A stretch of DNA of 64,000 nt from Eledone cirrhosa (GCA_964016885.1 OZ024756.1:3286001-3350000), one strand, 5' to 3'; shown: positions 28,573 to 43,905, numbered from the stretch's first letter. Notes: a model not told the origin generated them from the letters alone. Numbers and translations are program-made.

Positions 28573-28678
28573 ATATATATATATAAAGTTTAAGCAAAGA
28601 ATCGCTGCTTTCACCCTAAACGGGATCTTCTTTGGAGTTTAGTCTTCAAATTTATTATTATTACTATATATATGTATG

Positions 28679-28754
<76 letters not shown>

Positions 28755-29304
28755 ACAATTGAACGGGAACAAAACAGAGAGGCAGTACGAACAAATGTTT
28801 ATTAGTTTCACGCTCTTGAGAGTGGGGTGGTGATATATATATATGCGTGTGTAAGTATGTGTGTATTTACAACCTCAACGAGAATACGGGATTACGGGAA
28901 AAGATTACAATGCTATGACTAGATATATTAATTTAACTTTTGATATAATAAGAAAATAATTGTTTACGTTTCGCGCGATTGTCCTTCATCGGGATTGAGA
29001 ATGAAAGAGAGAGAGTGAGTGAGAGAGAGAGGGAGAGAGAAAAGAAGAGAAGATAAATGAGAGTCAAAAAAGAAAAACAACGAGAACATTCTTTTTTTCA
29101 AAAGGAATACACCTGTGTATGTAGTTTTATCATTTCTTATAATTTTATATACATTTTAATATGAATATCGTATTGGTTTGATTTAAACCTATTGTTTAAG
29201 AATATATTACATCTGTATATTATATTATATTATATTATAATATATCATACTATAATATACTATATTATTTTATGTTATATTATATTTTAGTATACTCTAT
29301 TATA

Positions 29305-29830
29305 TTGGCAGTATCGGTAGAGGGTCGGACACCATGCTTTGAAGCAAAGAGTTACGGCCCTTTACGGTCTGAATTAACTTTGCCTTCCATCCTTATGGAG
29401 TCGATAAAATAAAGTACCAGTAATACACTGTATAAATGCTGGCCCTGTGCCAAAAGTAGAAACAATTATATTATATTATAATATTATAAATTATATAATA
29501 TTATATTATAATATAATTGTTTCTACTTTTGGCACAAGGCCAGCAATTATCCCAGTTTATTACTGGTACTTTATTTTATCGACCCCGTATAATAAAATGG
29601 CGGTGGATTGGCAGTATCGGTAGAGGGTCGGACGCCATGCTTTGCCATGCTTTGCGGCATAGAGTTACGGTCCTTTATGATCTGAGTTCAAATACCGCCG
29701 AGGTTAACTTTGCGTTTCATCCTTACAGGGGTCGATAAAATAAAGTACCAGTCACGAACTGGGGTCGATTTTATCGACTTTCCCCTCCCCCAAAATTGCT
29801 GGCCTTGTGCCTATATAAGAAACCATTATA
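29305..29830. mobile_element. Cluster of SINE family A copies: 29305-29468 (+), 29515-29588 (-), 29600-29830 (+)
   Basis: Each matches the family consensus; inserted in (ATATT)n-like repeats. Confidence 0.9.
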
Positions 29831-30125
29831 TTATGTTATATTATACTATATTACATTAGATTATATTACATTATACTACACTCTAGGATACAATACTAAG
29901 TATATATAACCCTAAGACACTCCAAACTCCAGATTGTTATTGTTACGGACAATCTGTGTAACGAAGGTGATCACGAGTATTAAGAGTACTCAATACATTA
30001 TATATGTTACATATTATTTCATGACTACAACTGTTTCATTAACTTGAAATCAGCCGTAAGGATATCCAAGATGGCATTAACCGAATGAAATATTTCTAGT
30101 CTCGTAAAATTTATTTCTTTATGAA

Positions 30126-30220
<95 letters not shown>

Positions 30221-30490
30221 CATGTATATATATATATATATATATTTATATATACATATATATATATTTATATATACATATATATATATTTATATATACA
30301 TATATATATATTTATATATATATTTATATATATAAATATGAACACAGACAGACAAACACGCAGACACATACCCCCCCCCCCCCCCGCCATATATATATAT
30401 ATGTTTATATATATATAAACAATAATATATAAACCGGATAGTACTTAGTACTACCCTCCATTTATAATTGTGTATTACACACACACACAC

Positions 30491-30547
<57 letters not shown>

Positions 30548-30548
<1 letters not shown>

Positions 30549-30727
30549 ATCTGAGTTTTTTTAATAATAATAGTATTCGATTCGTTTGCAATTCTACAAA
30601 CAGCCTCATTTGTAAAGCCATGTCAGTAGAATCAACCCCTCATTCTTGCTCATGGCTTTAAAAATGAGGCTGTTTGTATAATTGCTAACGAATCGAATAC
30701 TATTATTAATATTAAAAAAACTCAGAT
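30548..30727. repeat. Roughly 180-bp near-perfect palindrome (fold-back element) in (TA)n
   Basis: ATCTGAGTTTTTT..CAAACAGCCTCATTT..AAAGCCATG / CATGGCTTT..AAATGAGGCTGTTTG..AAAAAACTCAGAT. Confidence 0.9.
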
Positions 30728-30780
30728 AATCTTTAATTTATATATATATATATAAATATATATATATATAAATATAAACA

Positions 30781-30952
30781 TAACGAAGGAAATGTGGTAA
30801 GGAACCAGATGGACCATAACGCACCAAAGTACTCAATACTTAGGGTAGTAGAGTGGGTAATAGGAACGAGTAGGACCCCGACGGCTAATTCTGGACTGAA
30901 TTAGCCGTCGATGCTGCTTGAGCTCAGCCGTCGGGGTCTTACTCGTTCCTAT
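30781..30952 (-). mobile_element. Family B element
   Basis: Tail plus arms, with a partial deletion in one arm. Confidence 0.88.
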
Positions 30953-30985
30953 ATATAAACATATATATATATATATATATATATA

Positions 30986-31026
<41 letters not shown>

Positions 31027-31867
31027 GGGGGGGGGGGGTGATTGTGTGTGTATGTATGTATACACTACACATATATATACATTATTTTGTCAAATGTCAA
31101 ATGCTATTTGAGTTACAGAATCCAAGAGCAGGTTAGACAACCTATCGTTACACACACCAACGAATCTACAGTCAGGGGCTGTGCTGCCGTGAACCTAACT
31201 AGACTCCCATCTAGGATTCAGTCGTCAAACAGTTGCATGACTGAATATTAAAAGTTCAAATGTTTGTATAAATTAATTTATTCAGTTTAAAAATAAAATA
31301 CTTTCCTCTATGAAATGAATATATCACTAAACCTCTCTGTTGCTAGATAGCAGCGTTATTGCAATATGCAGAGAGGAATTGGAAATGGATGAATAGCTTC
31401 ATGAATCTGTCACAGGATATAGCGTGGGTGGGAGTAGACTGTGCAGGGGAAAATGCAGGCTAAGTAATTTTCCTTGGGGTGGTCAGAGCTAGATGTGTGT
31501 AAAGCTAAACTAGTTTTGTCAGCTTACTAAAGAGTAGGTTAAATTTATTGGAGGCGGGAGGAGAATGGAGGGCATGGCTATAAGAAGGGGAATACAGGTT
31601 AGGTTTAGTCTATGGCGCTAAATACACAAGTATATTCTCTATTCATACCTACGTATAATAGAGAATTGGTTTCTTTGTCATTTCGAATATATTTGTTTTA
31701 TTAGTGACCGGCCCGTTAGTAAGTGTGTGTGATGGACGACAACATACATATAGACAGCCTTGTTAACTTCATCTGTGAATGACCTTAACAGTAAGGTTAT
31801 GTGTAAATATATAGACGATCAATACATGAGTGAGTAGTAAGTGAATGAAAGGACACCACCCTCATAT

Positions 31868-31910
<43 letters not shown>

Positions 31911-32039
31911 TACATACATACACATATATATATATGGCATGTATATATAATAATAATTAAATAATAATAATAATAATAATAGTAATAATTGAGTATATGT
32001 TATACGTTTAGATTACGTATAGTCCAGCCATTATTTGAG

Positions 32040-32073
<34 letters not shown>

Positions 32074-32230
32074 TAGAGAGAGAGAGATAGATAGATAGAT
32101 ATACACTCATTTAATTATATACATATATATATACACACATATAATGACATAGAGAGAGATAGTTAGAGAGAAAGAAAGATTCAGATATATGAATGTGTAT
32201 AAATATATATAAAAATACACTCACACTCAT

Positions 32231-32384
<154 letters not shown>

Positions 32385-32890
32385 ATGTATATAAATGTAT
32401 ATATATATTGTATATATATGTATGTGTTTTGGATTTAAGTCTTCAAATTTATTATTATTATTATATATATATAAACGTATACACATATATGCATGCCGGA
32501 GCCTCGTTTGCCTTAACAATGTGAGGGGTCCTTAAAGGAGCATAAATTGCTTATAGTTCCTTTCCCGGACCCAATAACATAAGTAACATTTTACGCTAAT
32601 TATATTTGATATTTTCAAATTAAGTTCAGATATAAAAAAAAATGATTATATAAAATAAACAAAAAGTAAATATAAATCTTTGTCCCCTGGTACCCCCCTG
32701 AAACAAGGCCCTTGTATATATATATATATATATACCTAATGTTTGTATATATATATATATATATATCCTAATGTTTGTTGAGTGAGATGGTTACCAGTCA
32801 GAGTTTAGCTTAAAGCTTTCTCTGTGATTGTATTAAATATATATATATATATACATTTTATAAATACACACACACACACGTGTGTATGTA

Positions 32891-32925
<35 letters not shown>

Positions 32926-32959
32926 GTGTGTGTATATATATATACATTTATATATACAA

Positions 32960-33006
<47 letters not shown>

Positions 33007-33112
33007 CATTTATATATATAAATGTATATATATATATATGTGTGTGTGTGTGTTATAAATATATATTTATATATATTTTTTATACATACACACGCACACA
33101 CAAGTGTATATG

Positions 33113-33159
<47 letters not shown>

Positions 33160-33176
33160 TAAATATATATATATAA

Positions 33177-33536
33177 GCAAAGAGATATTTAATTTCCTGG
33201 TAATTCACCAAATTTATTTATAACAGATTCGAAGCACTCGACAAGTTTCCTGGAGTATAATATCAATGATATTAATAAATGGAAACTATATTTATAAAAC
33301 CATATTTATTTTATTATATATATTTCAAGAGTACCGAAACACTTTGGTACGCTTTCATCAGATAAAATATATCCAAACGGAAACTGAACCGATAAGGTCT
33401 CGTTTCTCGGATATGTCACTATTTATAAAACAAATTTGGTGTTTTATCTGGTGAGAGCGTACCAGAGTTGTTTGGTACAAATACACAAATATATATAATA
33501 AAATAAATATGGTTTTATAAATATAGTTTCTATTTA

Positions 33537-33541
<5 letters not shown>
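33177..33541. mobile_element. Family C fold-back element; intact hammerhead at 33307-33369 (-)
   Basis: TATTTTAT CTGATGA AAGCGTACC..GGTACTCTT GAAA TATATA T A ATAAAATA. Confidence 0.85.
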
Positions 33542-33598
<57 letters not shown>

Positions 33599-33744
33599 TA
33601 AATGCAATGAAGGAATAATCAATCGTCCTTTTTATCCTTTCTATATTTTACACTCTGTATAGCTCTACACATCATCACAGAAGTGAACCTAAACGCCGAG
33701 TGCTCACCCGGCTGAACCTGCAGTAACTCCTAGTTACACCCTCT

Positions 33745-33810
<66 letters not shown>

Positions 33811-34111
33811 CGAAGGAAATGTGGTAAGGAACCAGGTGGACCATAACGCACCAAAGTACTCAATACTTAGGGTAGTAGAGTGGGTAATATATATATATAT
33901 ATATATATAAATTTAAATATAATTATATATGAAGTAGGTAACGTAGTAATAAACAGAATACCTTGTCACGGAATGACAACTGTTAAATCAATGTTGAAAG
34001 GTTTTTATACAGAAGGTAAATATATCGTGGAGTAATTGTACACAGATACACAACAATTATTCCGAGTAAATTTATATCTATCTATCCGTGTATATATATA
34101 TATATATATAT

Positions 34112-34535
34112 GCAAAAGTTCTATTATAAATTGTTGGGATACAACAAGTAAATATTTTATAACTGATATAAAGCACTCGACAAGTTTTCGGAGTAGATAT
34201 ACGATATTAAATAAATGGAAAATATATTTATAAAACCATATTTATTTCATTTTTCAGGGATACCAAATTAAAATATGGTATGCCTTCATCAGACAAAATA
34301 CAATATATAAACAGTTTCATAAATAATTTTGACGTACCCTATTAGATGCAACCAATATGACAGCTTCTAAAAATAATGGTTGCATCTAATAGGGTAAGTC
34401 AAAATTATTTATGAAACTGTTTATATGTTGTATTTTGTCTGATGAAGGCATACCATATTTTAATTTGGTATCCCTGAAATATGTATAATGAAATAAATAT
34501 GATTTTATAAATATAGTTTCCATTTATTTAATATC

Positions 34536-34537
<2 letters not shown>
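34112..34537. mobile_element. Family C fold-back element; intact hammerhead at 34431-34495 (+)
   Basis: TATTTTGT CTGATGA AGG-C-ATACCA..TGGTAT-C-CCT GAAA TATGTA T A ATGAAATA; long inverted repeat. Confidence 0.85.
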
Positions 34538-34593
<56 letters not shown>

Positions 34594-34717
34594 GTGGTTA
34601 CACAACAGTTAGTGCACCATACCGAGAACAATTGTTTCAACTTGTAACCACATCTACCTAACTCCTCCCTGAGACTGAGTGCTCTGCCACTACCGATATT
34701 ACCTTCCAGTGTTCTAC

Positions 34718-34780
<63 letters not shown>

Positions 34781-35019
34781 GTGTCCCCAAAACATGTGTA
34801 CACACGTTCATTATTATGGTGCTTACGATCTGAGTTCAAATCCCGCAGAGGTTGACTTTACCTTTCATCCTTACGGGGTCGATAAAATAAAATACCAGTA
34901 ATGCACTGGTTAATTCCTGGCCTTGTGCCTGAAGTAGAAACAATTATTATGGTGCTTAAGTGTGTATAAATGTTTCGTAAACTGTATGTGTGTGTATATA
35001 TATGCATATATATATATAT

Positions 35020-35604
35020 GTGGTAACATGTACCCCAGTACAACCTGTCTCATGGTCGGGTCGTTGGCGACTAAACTGGCAACCCCACCAAGGTTTCTTG
35101 GTGAGGAGGGTGACTTTGGACATCCTGCAGGACTAAAAACAAAACCTGTCAAAGGGCAAAGGACCTCTTAAGAGTCAATGGCCATCCAAAATCACCGGGA
35201 GAGATGACCCCTTTAGCCTTAGTCAAGGCAGAATTCTAGGAGAAGGAAAACTCTGATATAACACCTGCAACCCTGATGGTATTCAATGATGTTGACTTGT
35301 TCTTCTTTTTGATAAATATCATCTTGGTTAAGAGAGTGGGATTGGCTTTGTGCAGTGCCTTTGCTCACTATAAAAGCTTCACGGCACAGGCATTGCTTTA
35401 TATCTGGAGATCTCTCTGCACTTGTCATCACGTGGTACCATGGGCCCAGCACTATGTGTCAATAATTGTCACAGGTGTAGTGTTTGTACCAGAGTGTTCA
35501 AGTCGCTGGCTGGACTAAAAATTCACACTCGTTCAGCGCATCGGTAGGAGTTCTCCTACATGGATATAAAGTAGTGGCCGTACTCGAAAACGAGTTGGCA
35601 GCCA

Positions 35605-35608
<4 letters not shown>
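35020..35608 (+). mobile_element. Internally deleted RTE-like element (5'-UTR-like region joined to the ORF 3' end)
   Basis: 35476-35547 encodes CSVCTRVFKSLAGLKIHTRSAHR*, a C2H2 finger like those ending some RTE ORFs, followed by a short UTR and (AT)n. Confidence 0.65.
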
Positions 35609-35640
<32 letters not shown>

Positions 35641-35664
35641 TTTAATATTTAATCTGTACTAATG

Positions 35665-35740
<76 letters not shown>

Positions 35741-35924
35741 GAATGTATATGTGTGTGTATATATGTATATATATATATGTATGTGTGTGTGGATGTGTGT
35801 GTCCTGAATGTATGTGTAGTCAAAGAAATATTTCTCCTTTAGGCACAATGGCAGCGATTTTGTGCAGGTGAAAGTTGATTAATTCCACTGACTTACCTGA
35901 CTAGCACTTTTATTTCATCAACGC

Positions 35925-36000
<76 letters not shown>

Positions 36001-36122
36001 GTTATTCCGGGTTGAGTCGGAGGTAACCACAGTAAGTAAGGTACTCAATACATTGCAGAGTATAAAAGTTTTAATATAATGAAACAGTTCTAGTCCTGTA
36101 GAATCTCATCTATATTAAAACT

Positions 36123-36153
<31 letters not shown>

Positions 36154-36329
36154 TATATATATATATATATGTATGTATATAAGTATATATATATATATAC
36201 ATATATATATATACATATTATATATATATATATGCTATCAGTATATATATATACGTATTATATATATATATATATATTATATATATATATATATATATGC
36301 ATATAAGTATATCTATATACATTTTATAT

Positions 36330-36363
<34 letters not shown>

Positions 36364-36561
36364 GCATATAAGTATATATATATACATATATATATATACA
36401 TATTATATATATATATATATATGCATATAAGTATATATATATACATATATATATATATACATATTATATATATATATATATTTGCATATAAGTATATATA
36501 TACATATATATATATACATATATATATGCATATAAGTATATATATATACATCTATATATAC

Positions 36562-36748
<187 letters not shown>

Positions 36749-36862
36749 AACTTAAAACCAAAACTGAATACTAACCAATACTTATTACTAATTTTTACTT
36801 ATTCCTAATTAAACTATTTTTCACTGGGAACAATTTGTCAGCATTTTCTTTTCCTTTTACCA

Positions 36863-36917
<55 letters not shown>

Positions 36918-36991
36918 TATATACATATTATATATATATATATACATTTATATATGTATATGTATGTATATATATATATACATATATACAC

Positions 36992-37216
36992 TGTGGAAAA
37001 AGTTTGGTAGAAATATCCAAGGGTAAGAGCACTGAGTGATAGGAGGAATTTAGTATAAATAATTACAACTGTGACATAAACAAGTACTTAAGTTTCGTTA
37101 GTTCCTGCACCCAACCCATCCAGCCTGTCATAAGAACAGATATTATCACAGGCTGAATGAGTTGGGATCTAGAACCTAACGAAACCTAGGTACTTGTTTA
37201 TGTCACTGTTGTAACC

Positions 37217-37221
<5 letters not shown>
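36992..37221. mobile_element. Family L fold-back element
   Basis: 37064-37130 and 37147-37214 are inverted; tail on the minus strand extends to 36992. Confidence 0.8.
37148..37197 (+). ncRNA. Hammerhead with 8-nt variant core CTGAATGA (family L)
   Basis: ACAGG CTGAATGA GTTGGG[ATCTAGAA]CCTAAC GAAA CCTAGG T A CTTGT; stem III is the palindrome ACCTAGGT. Confidence 0.7.
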
Positions 37222-37292
<71 letters not shown>

Positions 37293-37437
37293 ACAGGGAG
37301 AAAGAGACGATTATGAGGAAGAAACATTTTTTTTTTTCATTTTTCTTGTGTCTCTCTCTCTCTCTTTTTTCTGGGTTAGAAAATGATTATAATGGAATGT
37401 TTTACTTTGTGTGAAGTGTTAAGGTATTAGTTGATTT

Positions 37438-37491
<54 letters not shown>

Positions 37492-37492
37492 C

Positions 37493-37838
37493 TATTTCTG
37501 CTTTAGGCACAAGGCCAGCAATTCACCAGTACATTACTGGTACTTTATTTTATCGACCCCGTAAGGATGAAAGGCAAAGTTAACCTTGGCGTGATTTGAA
37601 CTCAGACCGTAAAGGGGAGTAACTATGCTGGAAAGCATGGCGTCAGACCCTCTACCGATACTGCCAATTCAACGAAGGAGGGGATGGAACACAACGTACC
37701 AGAGTACTCAATACTTAGGGTAGAGTGGGTAATAGGAAAATGTTTAACCACGACGGCAGAGCTCAAGCCGTTTCCACGGCTATTTCTGAAATAACCGCGA
37801 AACAGCTTGAGCTCTGCCGTCGGGGTCATACATTTTAG
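37493..37838 (-). mobile_element. SINE family A (37493-37669) directly abutting a family B element (37670-37838)
   Basis: ...GATACTGCCAATTC|AACGAAGGAG... with no intervening (TA)n. Confidence 0.85.
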
Positions 37839-37985
37839 TATATATATATATATATATATTAAAAATTGAAATATAGTGAAGTAAATGAATAATTGTGGTT
37901 CCATTACACTCTTATATATTCTACAATGCATTTGTATGTTTGTATGTGTGTGTGGGGGTGGGGACATTATGTAGTTTATGTCTAG

Positions 37986-38046
37986 TGATATCCAATGGAC
38001 TATTCCCATATCTTAAAGCATATATTTTGAATGTTGATGAAAGAAG
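37986..38046 (+). CDS. Candidate exon, (V)ISNGLFPYLKAYILNVDER(R/S)
   Basis: TCTAG acceptor and AAG|GTGTGT donor; F....Y...V.E spacing resembles the cadherin A strand. Confidence 0.3.
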
Positions 38047-38203
38047 GTGTGTTTATTTATATATCTCACCATCACATAAATCAACGAGTTTTATACACAA
38101 TTGGTTTCCTACATATTAATATAATGATAATAATAATAATTTATTATATATATATACATATACGTATATATACATATATATATAATATATATATAAATAT
38201 ATA

Positions 38204-38234
<31 letters not shown>

Positions 38235-38244
38235 ATATTATATA

Positions 38245-38309
<65 letters not shown>

Positions 38310-38310
<1 letters not shown>

Positions 38311-38447
38311 GTAATAATAATAAATTTGATGAGTAAAATCCAAAGAGGGCTCGAAAAGGATAAATAGATGTCAGATATATAAGAACCGTAGAGCAAATAT
38401 TTATTAAAATAACAGATTAAAGTTTAATCTGTTATTTTAATAAATAT
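38310..38447 (-). mobile_element. Family E tail with a short fold-back
   Basis: Links the two E segments; palindrome centred on AGATTAAAGTTTAATCT. Confidence 0.75.
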
Positions 38448-38476
38448 ATATACATATATTATATATATATATATAT

Positions 38477-38508
<32 letters not shown>

Positions 38509-38633
38509 ATATATATTATATTATATATATATATATATATTATATATATATATATATATTATATATATATATATATATTATATATATATATATATATTAT
38601 ATATATATATATATATTATATATATATATATAT

Positions 38634-38704
<71 letters not shown>

Positions 38705-38914
38705 CATATATATATATATATATAATATACATATATACATATACTCATATATATATATACACATACATATACATACATATACATACATATACATATACAT
38801 AAATACACAAACACACACACATATATATATATATGAACCCTACTGCATTGAGGTTTAAACATTCTGGTTAAGTCTATACCCAATAATAGCAACACTTTTA
38901 TTGTTATTAAAGTT

Positions 38915-38945
<31 letters not shown>

Positions 38946-39238
38946 TAAAAGTATATATTGAGTTAAAAACTCACAATAGTCCCCTATAATCACAATAGCT
39001 CAAGGAGGAAAATGTTTCCGAGCCTTGTACGACTGTAAAGAGAGAGGAACTTAGATATATAACTATATATGTTCAAATATGATACTTATCATAGTAGGTT
39101 CGGTTTTCTCAATTTATCCTTATGACTTGAGTTCTGTGAATCATTCTATTTTAGTCAATATTCTCTTTACCCTGGCGCTCTTTGTCCCCTGTGATTTGAA
39201 CACGTATAACTATATGTCTGCGTTCGTCTCTCTTAAAG

Positions 39239-39313
<75 letters not shown>

Positions 39314-39474
39314 ATACATATACATATATATACATATATATACATATACATACATATACCAATACATATATATACAAATACATATATATACATATACATA
39401 TATATGTATCATACATATACATATACATATATATACATATACATATATATACATATATACATATACATATATAC

Positions 39475-39505
<31 letters not shown>

Positions 39506-39670
39506 CACATATATATATATATATATATAACATATATATATATATATATACATATAGATATATATATATACATATAGATATATATAGATATATATACATA
39601 CATATATATATATATATATATAAAGATATATATATATATCAATTATATAAACTATATTTATAAAAGCATA

Positions 39671-40450
39671 TTTATTTTATTATATATATTATTATTTTAT
39701 TATATATATTATTATTTTATTATATATATTATTATTTTATTTTATATATTATTATTTTATTATATATATTATTATTTTATTATATATATTATTATTTTAT
39801 TATATATATTATTATTTTATTTTATATATTATTATTTTATTATATATATTATTATTTTATTATATATATTATTATTTTATTATATATATTATTATTTTAT
39901 TTTATATATTATTATTTTATTATATATATTATTATTTTATTATATATATTATTATTTTATTATATATATTATTATTTTATTTTATATATTATTATTTTAT
40001 TATATATATTATTATTTTATTTTATATATTATTATTTTATTTTATATATTATTATTTTATTTTATATATTATTATTTTATTATATATATTATTATTTTAT
40101 TATATATATTATTATTTTATTTTATATATTATTATTTTATTTTATATATTATTATTTTATTTTATATATTATTATTTTATTATATATATTATTATTTTAT
40201 TTTATATATTATTATTTTATTTTATATATTATTATTTTATTTTATATATTATTATTTTATTATATATATTATTATTTTATTTTATATATTATTATTTTAT
40301 TTTATATATTATTATTTTATTATATATATTATTATTTTATTATATATATTATTATTTTATTATATATATTATTATTTTATTATATATATTATTATTTTAT
40401 TATATATATTATTATTTTATTATATATATTATTATTTTATTATATATATT
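39671..40450. repeat. 20-bp minisatellite (ATTATTTTATTATATATATT)n, about 39 units, inside a family C element (39645-40646)
   Basis: Regular units; flanks are family C sequence. Confidence 0.95.
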
Positions 40451-40643
40451 ATCGGTTCAGGTTCAGTTTGTCATCATTTATAAAACAAATTTCGGTACCC
40501 TTGAAATATATATAATAGAATAAATATGGTTTTATAAATATAGTTTACATTTATTAATATCATTGATATTATACTCCCGAAAAACTGTAGAGTGCTTCGA
40601 ATCTGTTATAAATAAATTTGTTGAATAACCAACGAATCTCTTG

Positions 40644-40724
<81 letters not shown>

Positions 40725-40761
40725 ATATATTTGTATATATATATATATATATATATATTTG

Positions 40762-40792
<31 letters not shown>

Positions 40793-40817
40793 ATATATAT
40801 ATATATATATATATATT

Positions 40818-40912
<95 letters not shown>

Positions 40913-41106
40913 ATATATTTGTATATATATATATATATATATATTTGTATATATTTAAATATATATATATATATAGACTGTAATATAACTATAATGATTA
41001 AGGCACGATTATATTCTTTGAATTCTATTTTGAGCTATTTTTTGAGACAAGACATATGTTTGATATTTTCGATTTTGTATCATTCGTGACATCCTTTACA
41101 TTGAAT

Positions 41107-41159
<53 letters not shown>

Positions 41160-41489
41160 TGTTTCTACTTTTGGCACAAGGCCAGTAATTACCCAGTGCA
41201 TTACTGGTACTTTATTTTATCGACCCCAGACAAATGACATACAATTAATAGGAAATAGCTTACTCCAAACTCATCAGCAAACCAAACAAATTACCACCGA
41301 GTAGAAAGATGGTGAGGGAAAAGAAATACCGTCGATATGGTGGCTTGACCTGCTAGAAACATCAACCAAATCCCTGCCAAATCACAGTCTATCACTATCT
41401 CAATAGTCATAGAAGTTACAATAATACTGAAGAAAACAGAGAAAATATAGACGTGATCATCAGGACAATAAGGTGACGACCAATGATGG

Positions 41490-41705
41490 GCTGGGTTTCA
41501 ACAACACCAGTTACCTATCATAGGTCTGTATGATGGCCTAGGGTTAAACAACACCAGTAACCTATCATAGGTCTGTTGACGGCCTAGGGTTAAACAACAG
41601 CAGTCACCTATCATAGGTTTGTATGACCAATGACGGCCTATGGTTAAAAAACAGCAGTCACAGGTTTGTATGACCAATGACGGCCTAGGGTTAAACAACA
41701 CCAGT
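41490..41705. repeat. Tandem repeat, about 40-50 bp unit (GGCCTAGGGTTAAACAACACCAGT..CCTATCATAGGT)
   Basis: 4-5 diverged units. Confidence 0.85.
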
Positions 41706-41804
41706 ACACAGCTCTATTATATTTATAATTTATACAAGGTTTCATTTATTTGGGTCGCTTATACCACCAGTAAAGACTTAATTCTGATCCCCCACCCTAT
41801 CTAT

Positions 41805-41842
<38 letters not shown>

Positions 41843-42052
41843 ATTCGACAGGTTATTCCAGACGCCGATTTGCCATTGAAACGGTTTGAGCTTAGCCGTC
41901 GGGCCCAGACTCTCTGCATTATCTTCACTCTACTAACACGAGTATCGAGTACTCTGATGAATCTAGTTTAAACTGGTAAAATCCTGATAGGCAATGTGCA
42001 TATATATTCTCTATCAGTTCTCAAATATATTTATTTCCATCCTCACACACAC

Positions 42053-42187
<135 letters not shown>

Positions 42188-42204
42188 TTAAAATAACAGA
42201 TTAA

Positions 42205-42253
42205 AGTTTAAGCAAAGAATCGGTGCTTTCACCCTTAACGGGATCTTCTGAAA
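42205..42253 (-). ncRNA. Hammerhead with variant CAGAAGA core (family E)
   Basis: TTT CAGAAGA TCCC[GTTAA]GGGT GAAA GCA[CCGATTCTT]TGC T T AAACT. Confidence 0.6.
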
Positions 42254-42270
42254 TGTTATTATTATTATTA

Positions 42271-42337
<67 letters not shown>

Positions 42338-42565
42338 ACACAATAAATTGTGTTCACATGCATCACTGATTTTTCGTTTTATATTATATCACACTATGCT
42401 CTGTAAGAACATAGAGTGCTCAACCGGCATACCGCCTTTGGAAGCATCATAGCTACACATACACACACATGCACACACACACACACACACACACAAATAC
42501 ATATATATATATATATATATATCGCGATAAATTAACAGCCATAGGCCCTCGCCATTCTCTGTAAA

Positions 42566-42750
42566 TAATTGTCTCTACTTTAGGCACAAGTCCGGCAAAT
42601 AACCAGTGTATTACTGGTACTTTATTTTATCGACACCGTAAGGATGAAAGGCAAAGTCAACCTCGGCGGGATTTGAACTCAGATCGTAAAGGGACGTAAC
42701 TATGCTGGAAAGCATGGCGTCCGACCCTCTACCGATACTGCCAATCCACC
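42566..42750 (-). mobile_element. SINE family A, full length
   Basis: Matches the family consensus. Confidence 0.9.
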
Positions 42751-43102
42751 AATGTGCTCAAAGGAGAAGAAATCCTGAGCTCCTTAAAATACAATATGTT
42801 GAAAATGTAACACTCCAGAGAGAGTATACAGTGCGCTATCAATAAAACAGGGAAAAAACCACCAGTGTATGGAATCTCTCTCTCTATATATATATATATG
42901 TAAAACCCTTATCGAGTACTCTCTTATACAGTACCTTACTGTGTGCTTGTGGCTGTGTGTAGGTTTGTGTCTGTGTGTGTGTGTAAGTGTTTGTGTGAAA
43001 GAGAGAGAGAGAGATACATTAAGATATAGAGATAGGGAGGTGTGAAGGTTAGGGAGTCAAAAACGGCTGTTATCGTTATTCCATTGTATATTATCTAATT
43101 AT

Positions 43103-43368
<266 letters not shown>

Positions 43369-43791
43369 CGCATATATATATATATATATATTCATATATA
43401 TATATATATTCATATATATATATATACATATACATGCATACACATATACATGTATATCTATATAGATAAACATATATATACATGCATACACATATATATA
43501 TATATATATACATATACATGCATACACATATACATATATATCTATATACATAAACATATATATACATATATATATATATATACATAAACATATATATACA
43601 TATATATATATACATATATATACATATATATACATATATATACATATATATATATACACATACATAAATATATATACACATACATAAATATATATACACA
43701 TACATAAATATATATACACATACATAACTATATATATATACACATAATATATATACACATAAATATATATATATTATATATATATAACATA

Positions 43792-43839
<48 letters not shown>

Positions 43840-43905
43840 TCAGCCGTTAATATGCATAAGGAAAGTATATACTTTCTGACGTTCAACAATCTGGCAGGAA
43901 GGTAT

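Noticed and set aside
31320-31620. Possible decayed LINE 3' coding remnant on the minus strand
   Set aside because: Only a vague RFMKLFI resemblance with many stops; not enough to call.
41954-41961. CTGATGA as a hammerhead core
   Set aside because: It aligns to the family B tail (GAGTACTCTGGTGCG) of a diverged copy; no downstream GAAA or stems.
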